From: the human T2T-CHM13v2.0 reference genome, Homo sapiens
NCBI RefSeq assembly: GCF_009914755.1
Contig: NC_060935.1
Length of the DNA stretch: 64,000 nucleotides
Strand: one strand, 5' to 3'
Below are positions 12,851 through 28,683 of this stretch, piece by piece (position 1 is the stretch's first letter; the number at the start of each line of letters is the position of its first letter). The notes under the pieces were generated by a model, which was given only the letters and a program-made list of their open reading frames with translations, was not told where the DNA came from and made no database searches. The position numbers and the translations under genes are program-made.

Positions 12851-13499
12851 CTCGTGAGGAGGCGGTGAGTGCGTTCCCCGCTGGCTCAGGTGCAGTCAGC
12901 AGGAACGGACGCCCTCCCAGGAGCAGCCCACCAGAGCCAGCGGAGACGGGTAAGTGCCACTGGCTCAGACACACAGGATGCAGGAAAATCCACGGGCTCT
13001 TCACGACACTCAGGGGAGAGAAAGCCCACACACATCTACAAAGAAAAGCAACTCTCTCCTTGAGGTACGGGAAGATGAGGGAAAAGCATCTCACTTGCCT
13101 TTCTTTCACAAATTGTGTTTCAGGACAGCCAGCCGACACCGGTTGATGGGGAAAGCTAATCTTTACAAACAATCCCAGTTAATAAACACCGAAGAAGTGA
13201 TAAAGTTCAGAAACTACCCTCTGCCATCCCTAATGAAGTCACCGATTCGGCAGGAATTATCAACGATGTGAAGAGTGAGGGGACCTGGACAGGAACAGGC
13301 CTCTCAGGGAGGAAGGGAGGGGCCAGGCCGCCTCCAGCTGGACTCCATGGCCAACCAGCACCTCCAGAAGCAGGACAAGGAGTCAGAGCAGCCTGGACAC
13401 GGCACAGCGCACCCACCTCTACCAAGGAGGCCTCTCTGACGGCACCGCGGTGGCTGCAGCGGAGTCTCCCGCAAACGTCCCGAGATCTCACTGCAGAAG

Positions 13500-13660
13500 G
13501 CAGGGGTCCACACGGTACTCCTCGATACTCCTCGCGGGGGCCCGCACGGTACCCCTCGCAGGGGCCCCCATGATACTCCTCACAGGGGTCCACACAGTAC
13601 CCCTCGCAGGGGCCCCCACGGTACCCCTCGCAGGGGTCCACATGGTACTCCTTGCAGGTA
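13500..13660. repeat. 24-bp degenerate tandem repeat, ~6 copies
   Basis: GCAGGGGTCCACACGGTACTCCTC-like unit; gives 8-aa periodicity in the minus-strand ORF. Confidence 0.85.
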
Positions 13661-15727
13661 CTCACCCATGCTTTCTGATAATATGCAGACTATATTGAAA
13701 AAAGGTTATCTTTCCAAAATACTGGCCTTTTTGAAACGTGAGGGAAGCACTGCACAGGGCTGAAGCATCCCTTAGTGGCTATTCAGGGAACCATTATCCT
13801 GAAGATCTAAACACGGTATGATTCTCTCAGAACGATGTCGGGCTGGCTAGCTTCACACGTCCTCTCCACACCTACCCACCCGGGCCCCTGAAGCTCCCTC
13901 TACCCAAGGACAAAAGAACCCTCCCAGGACCCCATTAGCGGCCCCTCTGCTCCTTCACGGCCCATGGGATCTTGCCGTCTCCCCTTATCACTAGGGGGAG
14001 GCAACGGCTAGACCACAGTCAGGGTCTCCCGAGCCAGAGTCCTGCCCCCGGACCCTGGGGAGCATCTCTTTCTGCTGGAAAGCTGAGCGAGCGCCCTGCT
14101 TAACCTCCTGCCTCTCTGGCACCACAGGTGTAACAGAAAGAGGACATGATAAATACTGTGTCAAGACATCCTGCAAAAGCAGGGCTCCTCTAGGTGCTAG
14201 TAACTGGGTAAAGGCCCACTATGGGTTAATTCAGAGGGGCTGGGGTGGGTCATGCTCAGCGAAGCAGGCTGGTGCCAAGGCGGGCCCTGCCTTGCGTGTG
14301 CCAGGCAACACTTTACAGAGTGCTGCGCTGAGCCGGTAAACTCCAGGGCAAGTCCAGTCCTCCTGTGCCCAGGACCCTCCGGCGGCCTCCAGCTCCTGCC
14401 TCCCTCCATCCTCGGCCCCTGGGGCTCCCTCCTCTCCACCTCCAGACCCCACACCTCTCTTTCCGTGCCCTGCCCTCCCAGCCCAACCCCTACTCCCATT
14501 CCTCCTCCGAGAGATGTCACGTCCTCACCCCAACACCCAGCCCTGGTGAGGCCCATTTACAAACTCTCCCAGCACCTGACGCTTAAGATCACAGACCCAC
14601 CGGGCCGTCACCACACAGCTCAGCTGTCCTTATGTGCTGCCATGTCTACCGTGCTGCCCTGGAAGACCCCAGTGGCAGGAACCACCTGGTTGTCCCCTGC
14701 ATCATGGCCATCCTAAACGCCACAGTTGGTAGCGCTGGTTGATTAAGTCACATGTACTCCAAGCAACACCTGAGACCCCCGTCGCTGACAACACCTTCTT
14801 AAGAGACCCTGGCAGCTCCGAGCCAGACCTCATGTTACTATGCGTTTACCGGTCAACGGGGGTGCCCCTGAAATACCTGCTCGTCTACATGATGGAAACA
14901 GCCCAGGAGGCACTGGGCAAGAGGAGATTCTAACGACACCTCAGCACTTGCCAGCACAGGCCCTGCGTGTGAGAACATCTCCTGCCGCTCCCACTTCCTC
15001 ATCGCGGGTGTAACAGCGCTGCACGCCGGTGCCCCTCAGAACAGGAAGGGCCTGCCTCCCACTGCTCCCTGCCTGCTCAGCACCTGATGCATTCAAAATC
15101 AGTCCTACACCCCAGTGGGGTTCCAGATGAGGAACAAGTTCCCAGGAGGCAGAGGATGTCTCCCAGACCACACAGCAAGGAAGGGGCCATCCTGCCTGGC
15201 CACCATGCCCCCCTGCTCTCCAGGAGGACACAACGGCAGGGTGCTGGTTCCCTTGTTGCTCTGAGTCTCCTGTTAGGCAGAAAGGAGCACTTGGCTGCCA
15301 CGGCAACTTGCGGGGACTCACTGTGGTGGAGTAAAGATGAAGAGGTAGAGACGCTGCCATCAGAGGCCGTCCAGGACCTCTGCCGACCCGTAGGCTCCAC
15401 ACCTGAGTCTCATAAGTGTCAGGAGGTTTCCTTCAAAGTCCTCAGAAAAAGCAGCTATGCCCAAAACCTGGGGCTTCATTCTAAACTCAGAAAAAATGTT
15501 CTACCTGAAGAATTATCTCCTCGGGAGAAACACCAGGACTTGTGGATACAGTGTTAAGGGTGGGGAGCCCTGGTGACCCCTCCACCACGTCCAGTACTGG
15601 GCTGCGCGAGGGCAGGGACCTTGGAGCATCGTGAAAAAGGACTTTTTCCACCCACGGCATGTTCAGAGCCACTGTTGATAAAAACTGTACCGCTCACGAC
15701 AGCCTGCCCCAGCCCAGCCTCAGTGAG

Positions 15728-16121
15728 TGACACGGTTTGAATCTGTGTCCCCGCCAAATCTCACGCTGAATTATGATCCCCAATGTTGGAGGTGGGGCCT
15801 GGCAGGGTGGGTGTGTGGGTCACAGGGACAGATCCCTCGTGGCTTGGTGCTGTCCCGGTGATAGTGAGTTCTCACAAGATCTGGTCATTACAGTGTGTGG
15901 CACCTCCGCACCCCCAACTCTCTTGCTGCTTTCGCCATGTGACGTGTAAGCTCCCACTTGGCCTTCCGCCATGACTGGGAGCTTCCAGAGGCCTCCCCAG
16001 GAGCAGATGCCGGCACCATGCTACCTGTACAGCCTGCAGAACCGGGAGCCAATTAAATCTCTTTTCTTACAAATTACCCAGTCTCGGTATTCCTTTACAG
16101 CAATGCAAGAAGGCCCTAACA
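15728..16121 (+). mobile_element. MaLR solo LTR (MSTB-like)
   Basis: TGACACGGTTTGAATCTGTGTCCCC ... CCCTAACA termini, flanked by 5-bp TSD GTGAG. Confidence 0.85.
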
Positions 16122-16419
16122 GTGAGCCAGGAGGCCACTCACGCCAGGAGCCCATCATCTCTGAGTCAGTCTACACCAGCTCTCCTGCAATATTAATGCT
16201 ATAGAAGAAACTGCCAGGCAACTCTCAGGAGAGAATTCAGAGCAGGAAAGGTTCTCTGAAGTTCCTGGCGCCTATCCTCTCATTTGCAAATGAAGAAACT
16301 GAGGTTTTGCACGGTGGCCACTAACCGGGGACACAATTGGGCCCAAGAAGTGGTCACCACTGCCCTCACTCTGTGTAAATGAGAAAGAGGAAACAGCCAT
16401 CATCTATGGGACCAACTAG

Positions 16420-16812
16420 AGTGCAGGCCCGCCTCCACCTGTGGGGCCATAAGGGTGCCGGGACCGCCTCCACCTGGGGGGCCATCAGGGTGCGGGACCC
16501 GCCTCCACCTGGGGGGGCCATCAGGGTGCGGGGCCCGCCTCCATCTAGGGTGCCATCAGGGTGCGGGACCCGCCTCCACCTGGGGGGCCATCAGGGAGCA
16601 GGGCCCGCATCCATCTAGGGGACCATTAGGGTTCAGGGCCCGCCTCCACCTGGGGGACCATTAGGGTGCGGGGCCCTCCTCCATTCGGGAGTCAGAGCTC
16701 GGGGCCGCCTCCATCTGGGCACCGGGCCCTCCTCCATCTGGAGACCATTGGGGAGCGGGGCCTGCCTCCCTCTGGGGCACCATGGGGCACGGGGCCCGCC
16801 TCCATCTGGGGC
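16420..16812. repeat. Degenerate ~33-35-bp G/C-rich tandem repeat at the CpG island shore (intron 1)
   Basis: GGGGCCATCAGGGTGCGGG(A/G)CCCGCCTCCA(C/T)CT repeated about 11 times. Confidence 0.85.
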
Positions 16813-17094
16813 TCACAACGGGCGCAGGCCCCCTCCCCCGGGGCTGCCTCCCCAAAGCTCTGCCCCGGCACGGCGGTGAGCTCAAGCCTCCTGCAGCGTG
16901 GGCGCGTCCGTCCGGCCCGCCCCGCCCCGAGGTGTGGACGCCGCCGCTCCCCTCCGGCCGGCCAGGCGCCCCGCGTGCCCCGGGAGAGCCGCGGAGTCGG
17001 CCCGCCAGCCGCAGCTGAGCAGTAGCCCTGACCCAAGGCCCCGCCCGCAACCGCAGGTCACCGCCCCCGCCCGACCCTCGCCCGGCTGCCTCAC

Positions 17095-17127
17095 CGGCCC
17101 GCGCTGAGTGCTGACGGTGGTCGCCAT
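17095..17127 (-). CDS. TOLLIP: TOLLIP coding exon 1 (aa 1-11, MATTVSTQRGP)
   Basis: ATG at 17127-17125 in gcagcaccATGg Kozak context. Translation matches the human TOLLIP N-terminus. Donor CCG|GTGAGG at 17094, phase 0. Confidence 0.97.
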
Positions 17128-17265
17128 GGTGCTGCGGCGGCCCCCGTGGCTCGCCGACCCGACAGTGACGCGCCGGGCGACCTCCTGCGCCCCCGCCGGA
17201 GCCTGCGACGGAGACAGTTGTCACCTCGAGGCCGCCGCCGCCACAGTCAGCTGACAGCCGCCGCG
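17128..17265 (-). other. TOLLIP: TOLLIP 5' UTR (TSS approximate)
   Basis: GC-rich, ATG-free leader upstream of the start codon within the CpG island. The TSS position cannot be fixed from sequence alone. Confidence 0.7.
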
Positions 17266-17339
17266 CCCCGCCCCCGGCACCGCCCCACTGCGCAGGCGCC
17301 GCGCCAGGCACCGCCCCTTCCGGCTCTCGCGCGCACGCG

Positions 17340-18340
17340 CGCTCCAGGGTAGGGCAGGCGCAGCCTCTCGCCCGGCGCCTGCGCACCTGCTCTCTCCTCG
17401 AGCCCTGCAGCCCGGCGAAATGGCTCCCGGCGGGGCCGTTTGCGCATGCCCAGTCATGACGGTTGTCGGCGCGGGCCCTAGCGTGGCGGCGCTGCAGTCT
17501 GGGCAGTGGGTTGGTTCCTCCTCGGTCCTCTGTCGAGTGGCGACAGGGCCTAGCCACCTGGCGGGGGTGACCTTCGGACGTGCGACCCGCTCGGAGAAGG
17601 GAGGGAACTGTGGCCCGCAACAAAGCAGTGACAGGCCCGACATCCCCTGCAGCGCGATCTTTCCCTCAGCTGCCTGCCGGAGGAAGGGCCTTTCTGTTTC
17701 ACAGGGCTAAAGATGGGGCGCGGTTCCTCCACGGGGCGGCTGCCGGGTGAACGGAACGGGGATGGAGGCGCTGCCAGAAGAGCCCGAGCTCGAGCCCGCC
17801 CTGCCCTCGGCCTCCCCGCCGCGCCGCTCCGCAGGAGCCCCGCTCCTCTCCTGCTCGCTCCGGAGAACCCCAGTCCGGCCTGACCTCGGCCCTCGCGGTC
17901 AGGCGCTCCAACCAGAGCGACTCCAGCTCGAACAGCGCTGGGTAAACTGAGGCTGAACCCCGCTGGCTGCATCCCCAGGAGTCGGGCGTTTACGGTCACG
18001 GGAACAGGTTAATAAACTTTTACGCAGCAGACCCGGAACTTAGGTCCCGATGTCCGGGTATCTTAAGAACAAGAAGCATTCTTAGTTGAAGTTTCGCTTT
18101 AAAGATAATGATACAGATGCTTGCGGAGGACAGGCGTTATGCAAAGATTGGCAATCCTTTGACGAGCCCAGGTAGTACAGCACGTCTCCCCCGTGATGTT
18201 TTTTGGCTTTTATCTTACATATAAACAAGCGTACCCAGGTGGACGCCTTCCTCCTCGTGCTTTTGGGAACACCCTGCTCTATGGAGTAGCCATTCTTTTA
18301 TTCCTTCACTGCCTTAATAAACTTGCTTTCACTTTACTCT
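17340..18340 (+). ncRNA. TOLLIP-DT: TOLLIP divergent transcript (TOLLIP-DT / TOLLIP-AS1), about 1 kb; ends approximate
   Basis: Recalled annotation of a head-to-head lncRNA at this promoter. The sequence supplies AATAAA at 18316-18321 about 1 kb downstream. Confidence 0.6.
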
Positions 18341-18422
18341 GTGGACTGGCCTGGAATTCTTTCTTCCACAAGATCCACGAATCCTCTTTTGGGGTCTGGA
18401 TCAGGACCCTTTTCCGGTAACA
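17897..18422 (+). mobile_element. MER41-family ERV1 solo LTR
   Basis: 5' end AACCAGAGCGACTCC...GCTGGGTAAA..GAGGCTGA; 3' end AATAAACTTGCTTTCACTTTACTCT...GGGGTCTGGATCAGGACCCTTTTCCGGTAACA. Both are typical of MER41. Confidence 0.85.
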
Positions 18423-18439
18423 CAACCACTCCACTAAAA

Positions 18440-19330
18440 ACTCTTTGTCAGTGATCTCTATATTGTTAGTGGTCAGTTCTCAGTCCTCGTCCTCCGGGAA
18501 CTACAGCAAAATCGATAGTCATTCTTGCTACACATGCTTTCTTCACTCCCCATCCAGGACACCATGTGCTCTCACTTTCCTCTTATCCCAAAGACCACAT
18601 CTTTGGGTCTCGGTTACCAGTCTCTCCTTTTAAAACCGGCAGCCTGGCCGCTTGCCTGTTTTGATGGGGTGTAGAGAAAAAGAACGAAAGCCCCTTCCTC
18701 AAGTTGTAGCTTAACATCCAGCCAATCCACAGCACAAGACCCAAGAAGCTATTAACCACAAGTTCCTGCTTTGGGGGCCTAGGGACTTCCCCGGGCCCCA
18801 CATGTGCAGTTAGACTTATACTTCAACTATTGTTACCCCTTCCTCATTTTCACGCTAAAAATCACACCTAGGGGTAGAGATTTAAAATGTGAATGTTGCA
18901 TGCAATGCATGAAGAAGCATGCAAAGCTACTGAGAAGCACTAGACAAACCCCTCCTATCCATGCCTGGACCAATCCCTTCCCTGTGAAACTAACCCACGT
19001 GCCACCCCCTGGCGGCGGGGCCCCCCACCGTTTTCCTTTCATGGTGCTGACTTCCTTGTGCACAAGCTAAATAAAGATTTCTCTTTCTCCTCGCTGCTAT
19101 GTCTGCTGATCTCTCTTTATTTCTATCCTGGGAGATTACAAGATGCCAGGGCACACTGGTAACACTTTGACTCCTTAACATCGGAGTGCCTTACCTCAGG
19201 GCTCAGTCCTTGCACATCTTTTCTATCTACATCCTCAGTGAGCTCATCCAGTTCCATTCCTTTAAATGCCATCCATATGCTGATGATCCTAAAATCTGTA
19301 TCTCCCACCAGGACCTCCGCTAAACACTAG
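18440..19330 (+). mobile_element. L2 LINE fragment split by the LTR at 18612-19164
   Basis: TTCTCAGTCCTC...CTTTCTTCACT...CCAGGACACC on the left and CTCATCCAGT...TTTAAATGCCATCCATATGCTGATGA on the right are collinear L2 motifs. Confidence 0.65.
18612..19164 (+). mobile_element. ERV1-class solo LTR (subfamily not assigned)
   Basis: Inverted termini GTTACCAG ... CTGGTAACA, internal AATAAA at ~19070, MER4-group-like body. Confidence 0.65.
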
Positions 19331-19359
19331 ATTCAGCTCTTGCCTTAATATTATTCCCC

Positions 19360-19810
19360 TATGGGGTGGACAGGTTGTAAGGTAGACATATGATCCCTGC
19401 CTCCTGGTGTTCACATCCTTGAATAATCCTCTTGTCTTGAGGGTGGACAGAGCCTGTGGCTTGCTTTTAAACAACAGAATATGGCAGTGGTGATGGGATG
19501 TCCCTCCCATGATTACCTGATGTTATAAAAGACTCCATCTTGCTCTCAGACTTATTCTCAAGGGTCTCTCAGCTGCTGGCTTTGAAGAGGCGAGGTGCCA
19601 TAATTCCTACAACTTCAAGGAAACAAATTCTGCCAGGAATCTGAGGGGGCTTTGATCCTTCCCCAGTCAAGCCTCCAGATGAGAATGCAACCCAGCTGAC
19701 AACTTAATTATAGCCTCGTAAGACCCAAGAATAAGCCAGCTAAGCTGTGCCTGAACTCCTACCCCACAAAAACTCTGAGATAAGTGTGTGTTGTTTTAAG
19801 TCACTAAGCT
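19360..19810 (+). mobile_element. MLT1-type MaLR LTR
   Basis: CCTGCCTCCTGGTGTTCAC, AACAGAATATGGC and CCCAGTCAAGCCTCCAGATGAG...TGTTGTTTTAAG are MLT1 motifs. Confidence 0.75.
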
Positions 19811-19829
19811 TACAGCCACGTGATCTGAC

Positions 19830-20826
<997 letters not shown>

Positions 20827-22523
20827 TCATGTCCTTTGCCCACTTTTAAGTGGGATTTTTTGATTTTTTACTGTTGAGTTGTTTGTATATTCTGGATATT
20901 AGTCCCTTGTTGGATGAATACTTCGCAAATATTTTCTCCCATTCAGCAGGTTGTCTCCTCACTCTGCTGATAATTCCCTTTGCTGTGCAGAAACTTTTTA
21001 GTTTAATATAGTCCCATTTGTCTATTTTGTTTTTATTGCCTGTGCTTTTAAGATCTTAGCCATAAAATCTTCGCCTAGACCAGTGTCCTTAAGTGTTTTT
21101 CCTGTGTTTTCTTCTAGTAGTTTTATACTTTCAGGTCTTACTTTAAGTCTTTAATTCATCTTGATTTGACTTTTGCAGATGGTGGGAGACAGGAGTCCAG
21201 TTTCATTCTTCTTCATCTGGATGTCCAATTTTCCAAGCACCATTTATTGAAGAGGGTGTCCTTTCCCCACTGTGTGTTTTTGGTGCCTTTGTCAGAAATC
21301 AGTTGGCTGTAAGTATGTGGATTTATTTCTGGATTCTCTCTTCTGTTCCATTGGTCTATGTGTCTGTTTTTGTATGAATACAATGCTGTTTTGGTTATGA
21401 TACTTTTGTAGTTTATTTTGAAGTTGGATAATGTGATGCCTCCAGCTTTGTTCTTTCTGCTCAGGATTGCTTTGGCTATTTGGGCTCTTTTTGTTCCATA
21501 AATATTTTAGGATTGTTTTTTCTATTGCTGTGAAAAATGATGTTGGTATTTTGATAGGCATTGTATTGAATCTGTAGATTGTTTTGGGCAGTATAGCCAT
21601 TTTAATAATATTAATTTTTCCAATCGGTGAGCATGGGACATCTTTCCATTTGTTTGCATCATCTTCAATTTTTTTCATCAGTGTTTTGTAGTTTTACTTG
21701 TGGAAGTCTTTCAACTACTTGGTTAAATTTATTCCTATTTTTTTTTGTAGCTGTAGCAAATGGAATTATCTTCTTGATTTCTTTGTCAGCTATTTCATTG
21801 TTGGTGTATAGAAGCACTACTGATTTTTGTATGTTTATTTTATATCATGCAACCTTACTGAATTCATTTACCAGATCTAATAACTTTTTGGTGGAGTCCT
21901 TAGGTTTTTCCAAATATAAGATTATATCATCTTCAAAGAGGGACAATTTGAATTATTATTTTCCTCTTTTTTTCTTTTTTTTTGCCTTTTATTTCTTTCT
22001 CTTGCCTGATTGCCCTGGCTAGGACTTCCAGTATTATGTTGAATAGAAGTGGTGAAAGTAAGCATCCTTGTCTTGTTCCAGATCTTAGAGGAAAGGCTTT
22101 CAACTTTTCCCCATTCAGCATGATGTTAGCTGTGGGTTTGCCATATATGGTCCTTACTATATTGAGGTATGTTCCTTCTGTGCAAGTTTGTTGAGAGTTT
22201 TCATCATAAAGGGATGTTGAATTTTATTAAATGCTTTTTTCTGTATCTATTGAGATGATCATATGATTTTTGTCCTTCATTCTGTTGATGTGATGTATCA
22301 CGTTTATTGATTTACATATGTTGAACCATCCTTGCATCCCTGGGATAACTCCCACTTGGTCATGGCATATTATCTTTTTTGTGTGCTGTTGGATTCAGTT
22401 TGCTAGTATTTTATTGAGAATTTTTGTGTCTATGTTCACCAGGGACATTGGCCTATAGTCTTATTTTCTCCTTACATACTTGTCTGGGTATCATGGTGAT
22501 GCTGGCCTTGTAGAATGAGTTAG

Positions 22524-22945
<422 letters not shown>

Positions 22946-23477
22946 CTGGGAGACTTTTTATTATAGATTCAATCCCATTACTCATTATTGGTCTGTTCCA
23001 GGTTTCTGTTTCTTCCTGATTCAATCTTGGTAAGTTGTATGTGCCTAGGAATTTATCCATTTTCTTTAGGTTTTCCAGTTCATTATTGTGTATAGTTGTT
23101 CGTAATAGTTTCTGATGATTTTTTGTCTTCTGTGGTATCAGATGTAATGGTCCCCTTTCTAATTTCTGATTATGCTTATTTGAGTCTCTTTTCTTTTTTC
23201 TTTGTTAGTCTAGCAAGAGGTCTATTGATTTTCAATATAACCAACATTTCAAAATAACCAACTTTTTTTTTTTTCAAAATAACCAACATTTTGTTTTGTT
23301 GATCCTTTGCTCTTTTTACTCTCTTATTTTGTTTAGTTCTGCTCTGATCTTTATTATTTCTTTCCTCTACTAATTTTGGATTTGGATTGTTCTTGCTTTT
23401 CTAATTCCTTGAGGTACATCATTTGATGATTTATTTAAAATCTTTCTATTTTTTGAGGTAAGCATTTACTGCTATGA

Positions 23478-23922
<445 letters not shown>

Positions 23923-24407
23923 AGGAGCACATTGTTTAATTTCCATGTATTTGTACAGTTTCCAAAGTTCTCGTTATTGATTTCTAGTTTTTATTCTATT
24001 GTAGTCTGAGAAGGTTCTTGATATTATTTTGATTTTTAAAAACTTGTTGAGGCTTGTTTTGTGTTCTGACATAGGGTTGAACCTGGAGAATGTTCTGTGT
24101 AGCTGATGAGAAGAATGTGTATTCTGTAGCTGCTGCACGGAATGTGCTGTAAACATCTGTCAGGTCCATTTGGTCTAGTGTGTAATTTACATTTGGTCCA
24201 ATGTTTCTTTGTTAATTTTCTGTCTAGATGATCTGTCTAATGCTGAGAGTGGGCTATTGACGCTCCTATTATTGTATTGGAGTCTACGTCTCCCTTTAGA
24301 TTAAATGGTGTTGATTTTATATATCTGGGTGCTCTGGTGTTGGGTGCATATTTGTGTAGAATTGCTAGTCCTTTTGCTGAGTTGATCCCTTTATCATTAT
24401 ATAATAA

Positions 24408-24802
<395 letters not shown>

Positions 24803-25269
24803 TAGGAGAAATACAAGGTGCCATTCGCCACCATATTTTCATGGGTGGGTCAACTAAGATATATTGCCACCTACAGCAAGAATTGAAGCATTAGCTACCA
24901 ACTGTGACTTGTTAGGGAAAACAATAACCAGAAACAGAATATACAACTGCTCTATTCTCCATTTCTGTATCTGTGATGAGGCCTGTGGTGATACTCATAG
25001 CTTCCTTAGTCCACCATCCATTTCACGTTCTCCTTTTCTTTGCTAAGTGCCTCAGCCCTATCCGCCCTGAAGGTGGTGTAGATAAGAAGTTCCTGTCAAG
25101 TCTGCACTGAGGCTTTCCCAATTTCCATCAGAGAAAGAGGTGAAAAGGCTCTCTTTTAGCGAGGCCTTGGTGTTGCTATGAGCTGGCCTGGCACTCCCAG
25201 TTAGGGCGCCGTGTTCTGTTAAACATATCGACTTTGCTGGAGAGTCGCGTCATACAAAGCCAGTCTGTG

Positions 25270-26016
<747 letters not shown>

Positions 26017-26451
26017 CATCCGAAGCTTGAATTGTCCTGTTCCTTTGTGAACGCTTTCTGGAGCCGTCAGAGGAAGCCAGCCCATTCCACAGTCTTTGTA
26101 ATCCCCATTTTTGCTGAAGCAACTGCGTGTCTCAGCCATGTGATTCCCCATCTATTTTCCCTCCACGTGCATGGTGCCCCATGCTGCTGTTGATGAGAAC
26201 GTGAGGAACTGAGGTGCTACTGTGTGATGTGAGCTCCCAGTGTTCTGTTTCCCCCAGCAAGGATTTATCCCCGTGTTCATCAAATGTATGAGCAATCCAG
26301 TCCTGGAATCCCATTCTGAGAGTCTGTTTCTTGGGACCAATTCCGATACCAATGACTGTATCAGTCAAGGGCCCATTATGAAGCCGATGGCATACTCAGA
26401 AGGATAACTAATCGGGTCCATCATGTAAGGGGCTTGAAAGTTGATGCTCTG

Positions 26452-26746
26452 GGCCGGGCACGGTGGCTCATGCCTGTAATCCTAGCACTTTGGGAGGCCA
26501 AGGCGGGTGGATCACGAGGTCAGGAGATCAAGACCAACCTGGCTAACACGGTGAAACCCTGTTTCTACTAAAATACAAAAAAATTAGCCAGGCATGGTGG
26601 CAGGCACCTGTAGTCCCAGCTACTCAGGAGGCTGAGGCAGGAGAATGGTGTGAACCCAGGAGGCGGAGCTTGCAGTGAGCCAAGATTGCACCATTGCCCT
26701 CCAGCCTGGGTGACAGAGCGAGACTCTGTCTCAAAAAAAAAAAAAA
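26452..26746 (+). mobile_element. Alu (AluY/Sc-type)
   Basis: Alu consensus, TSD AAAGTTGATGCTCTG. Confidence 0.95.
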
Positions 26747-28194
26747 GTTGATGCTCTGACCTAACAACAAGCAAACAGCTGAAAAAAAAAAAAACCTGAA
26801 AAATCAACAGCTTTTCTTAGAACCATCACAGAAGTGAGATCTCTGGGCAAACTGCTGCCCCGAAAATTAGAGAGATAAACAGGTGGATACAGACAATCAC
26901 AACTTACCAAAGCGGAGATCCACCTCTGCAAGAACCAGCACTGGAGGAGGAAAACCTGAACTGTAGTTCGTAAATTTCTGGAGGCTCAGTGTCCACAGGT
27001 CTGAGAGGGAAAACTTTCAGGAGGAGGAGGGCCCAGGCAGTCATCAGCCCCCACAACAGTCATCAGCCCCCCCATAGTCATCAGGACCCCCCCACCCTGC
27101 TCTTTCAGGAGGATCTAGGCAGTCATCAGCCCCCCACAGTCATCAGCCCCCCTCACCCTGCTCTTTCAGGAGGACCGAGTCAGTCTTCAGCACCCCACAG
27201 TCATGAGGCGCCCCCCAATTTCTGCTTTTGTGAGTTTTACCTCCAGGAATTCTACCAGATTCTCGCAGTGAAGAGCAGAGAAAAATCTCCCGGGGTTTAC
27301 AGCAGGCAGAGAGGAAAAGGAACCATTTTGAAATAGGTTAAAACATTCTGTTCTTCTTAAAAAGGCCTCACCTCAGCAGAAACTAGTTTACCAGAGCCTA
27401 CCCTACTGGGGTTTTATCAGAACCTCACTGACCTGTGGGAAGGAAAATGCCCAGCTCCAGCTCCCTCTAGCTTTCCATGTTGGAGGAGGGAACTCCTCAA
27501 CTCCAGCTCCCCTTATGGACACTGTGCCGCCTAAAGGGGTGAAAAACAAAAAACAAACCTGAGAAGCACTTATGAGGTTCACAACCCAGCAGGACAGACT
27601 CACCGGGAGACCTAATCGCAGGCCTGTAAAATGCTTTCCTTCTCTTCACACCTCACCACTATGTTACTAAAGGCCTATTTACTGTAGTTCCCTTGACTCA
27701 GTGAATCATGTCTGCCTTTCAACAAAGAATTACAAGGCGTACTAAAAGTCAAAAACAAAACAAAGAAACAAAAATGCCATTTGCAGAGATGGAATAAGCA
27801 CCAGAACTGAGCTGGACCCTGGTGTGATAGCAATGTTGGAATTATCAGATCATGAATCTAAAACAACCATGATTAACATGCTAAGGGCCCTAGTGGATAA
27901 AGTAGACAACGTGCAAGAACAGATGGAAAATGAAGGCAGAGAGATGAAAATTCTAAGAAAGAATAAAAAAGAAATGCTAAAGATAAGAATAGTGGCTATA
28001 AAAATTAAAATTCCCTTTGATGAGCTTATTAGTAGGCTGGACATGGCTGAGGAAAGAATCTCTGAACTTGAGGCTACATTAATAAAGCCTGAAAAAAACA
28101 GGACAGAATATCCAAGAACTGTGGGACAACTACAGAGGTGTAAATATGTGTAATGGGAATGGGAATACCGGCAGGAGAAGAAAGAAAGGAACAG

Positions 28195-28683
<489 letters not shown>

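Larger units (their letters stand above)
16780..18000. promoter_or_regulatory. CpG island / TATA-less bidirectional promoter of TOLLIP and its divergent lncRNA
   Basis: Very high GC and CpG density. GC boxes, NRF1-like motifs at 17289 (TGCGCAGGCGC), 17375 (GCGCCTGCGCA) and 17441 (TGCGCATGCCCA), ETS motif CTTCCGG at ~17317, YY1-like AAATGGC at 17418. Confidence 0.9.
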
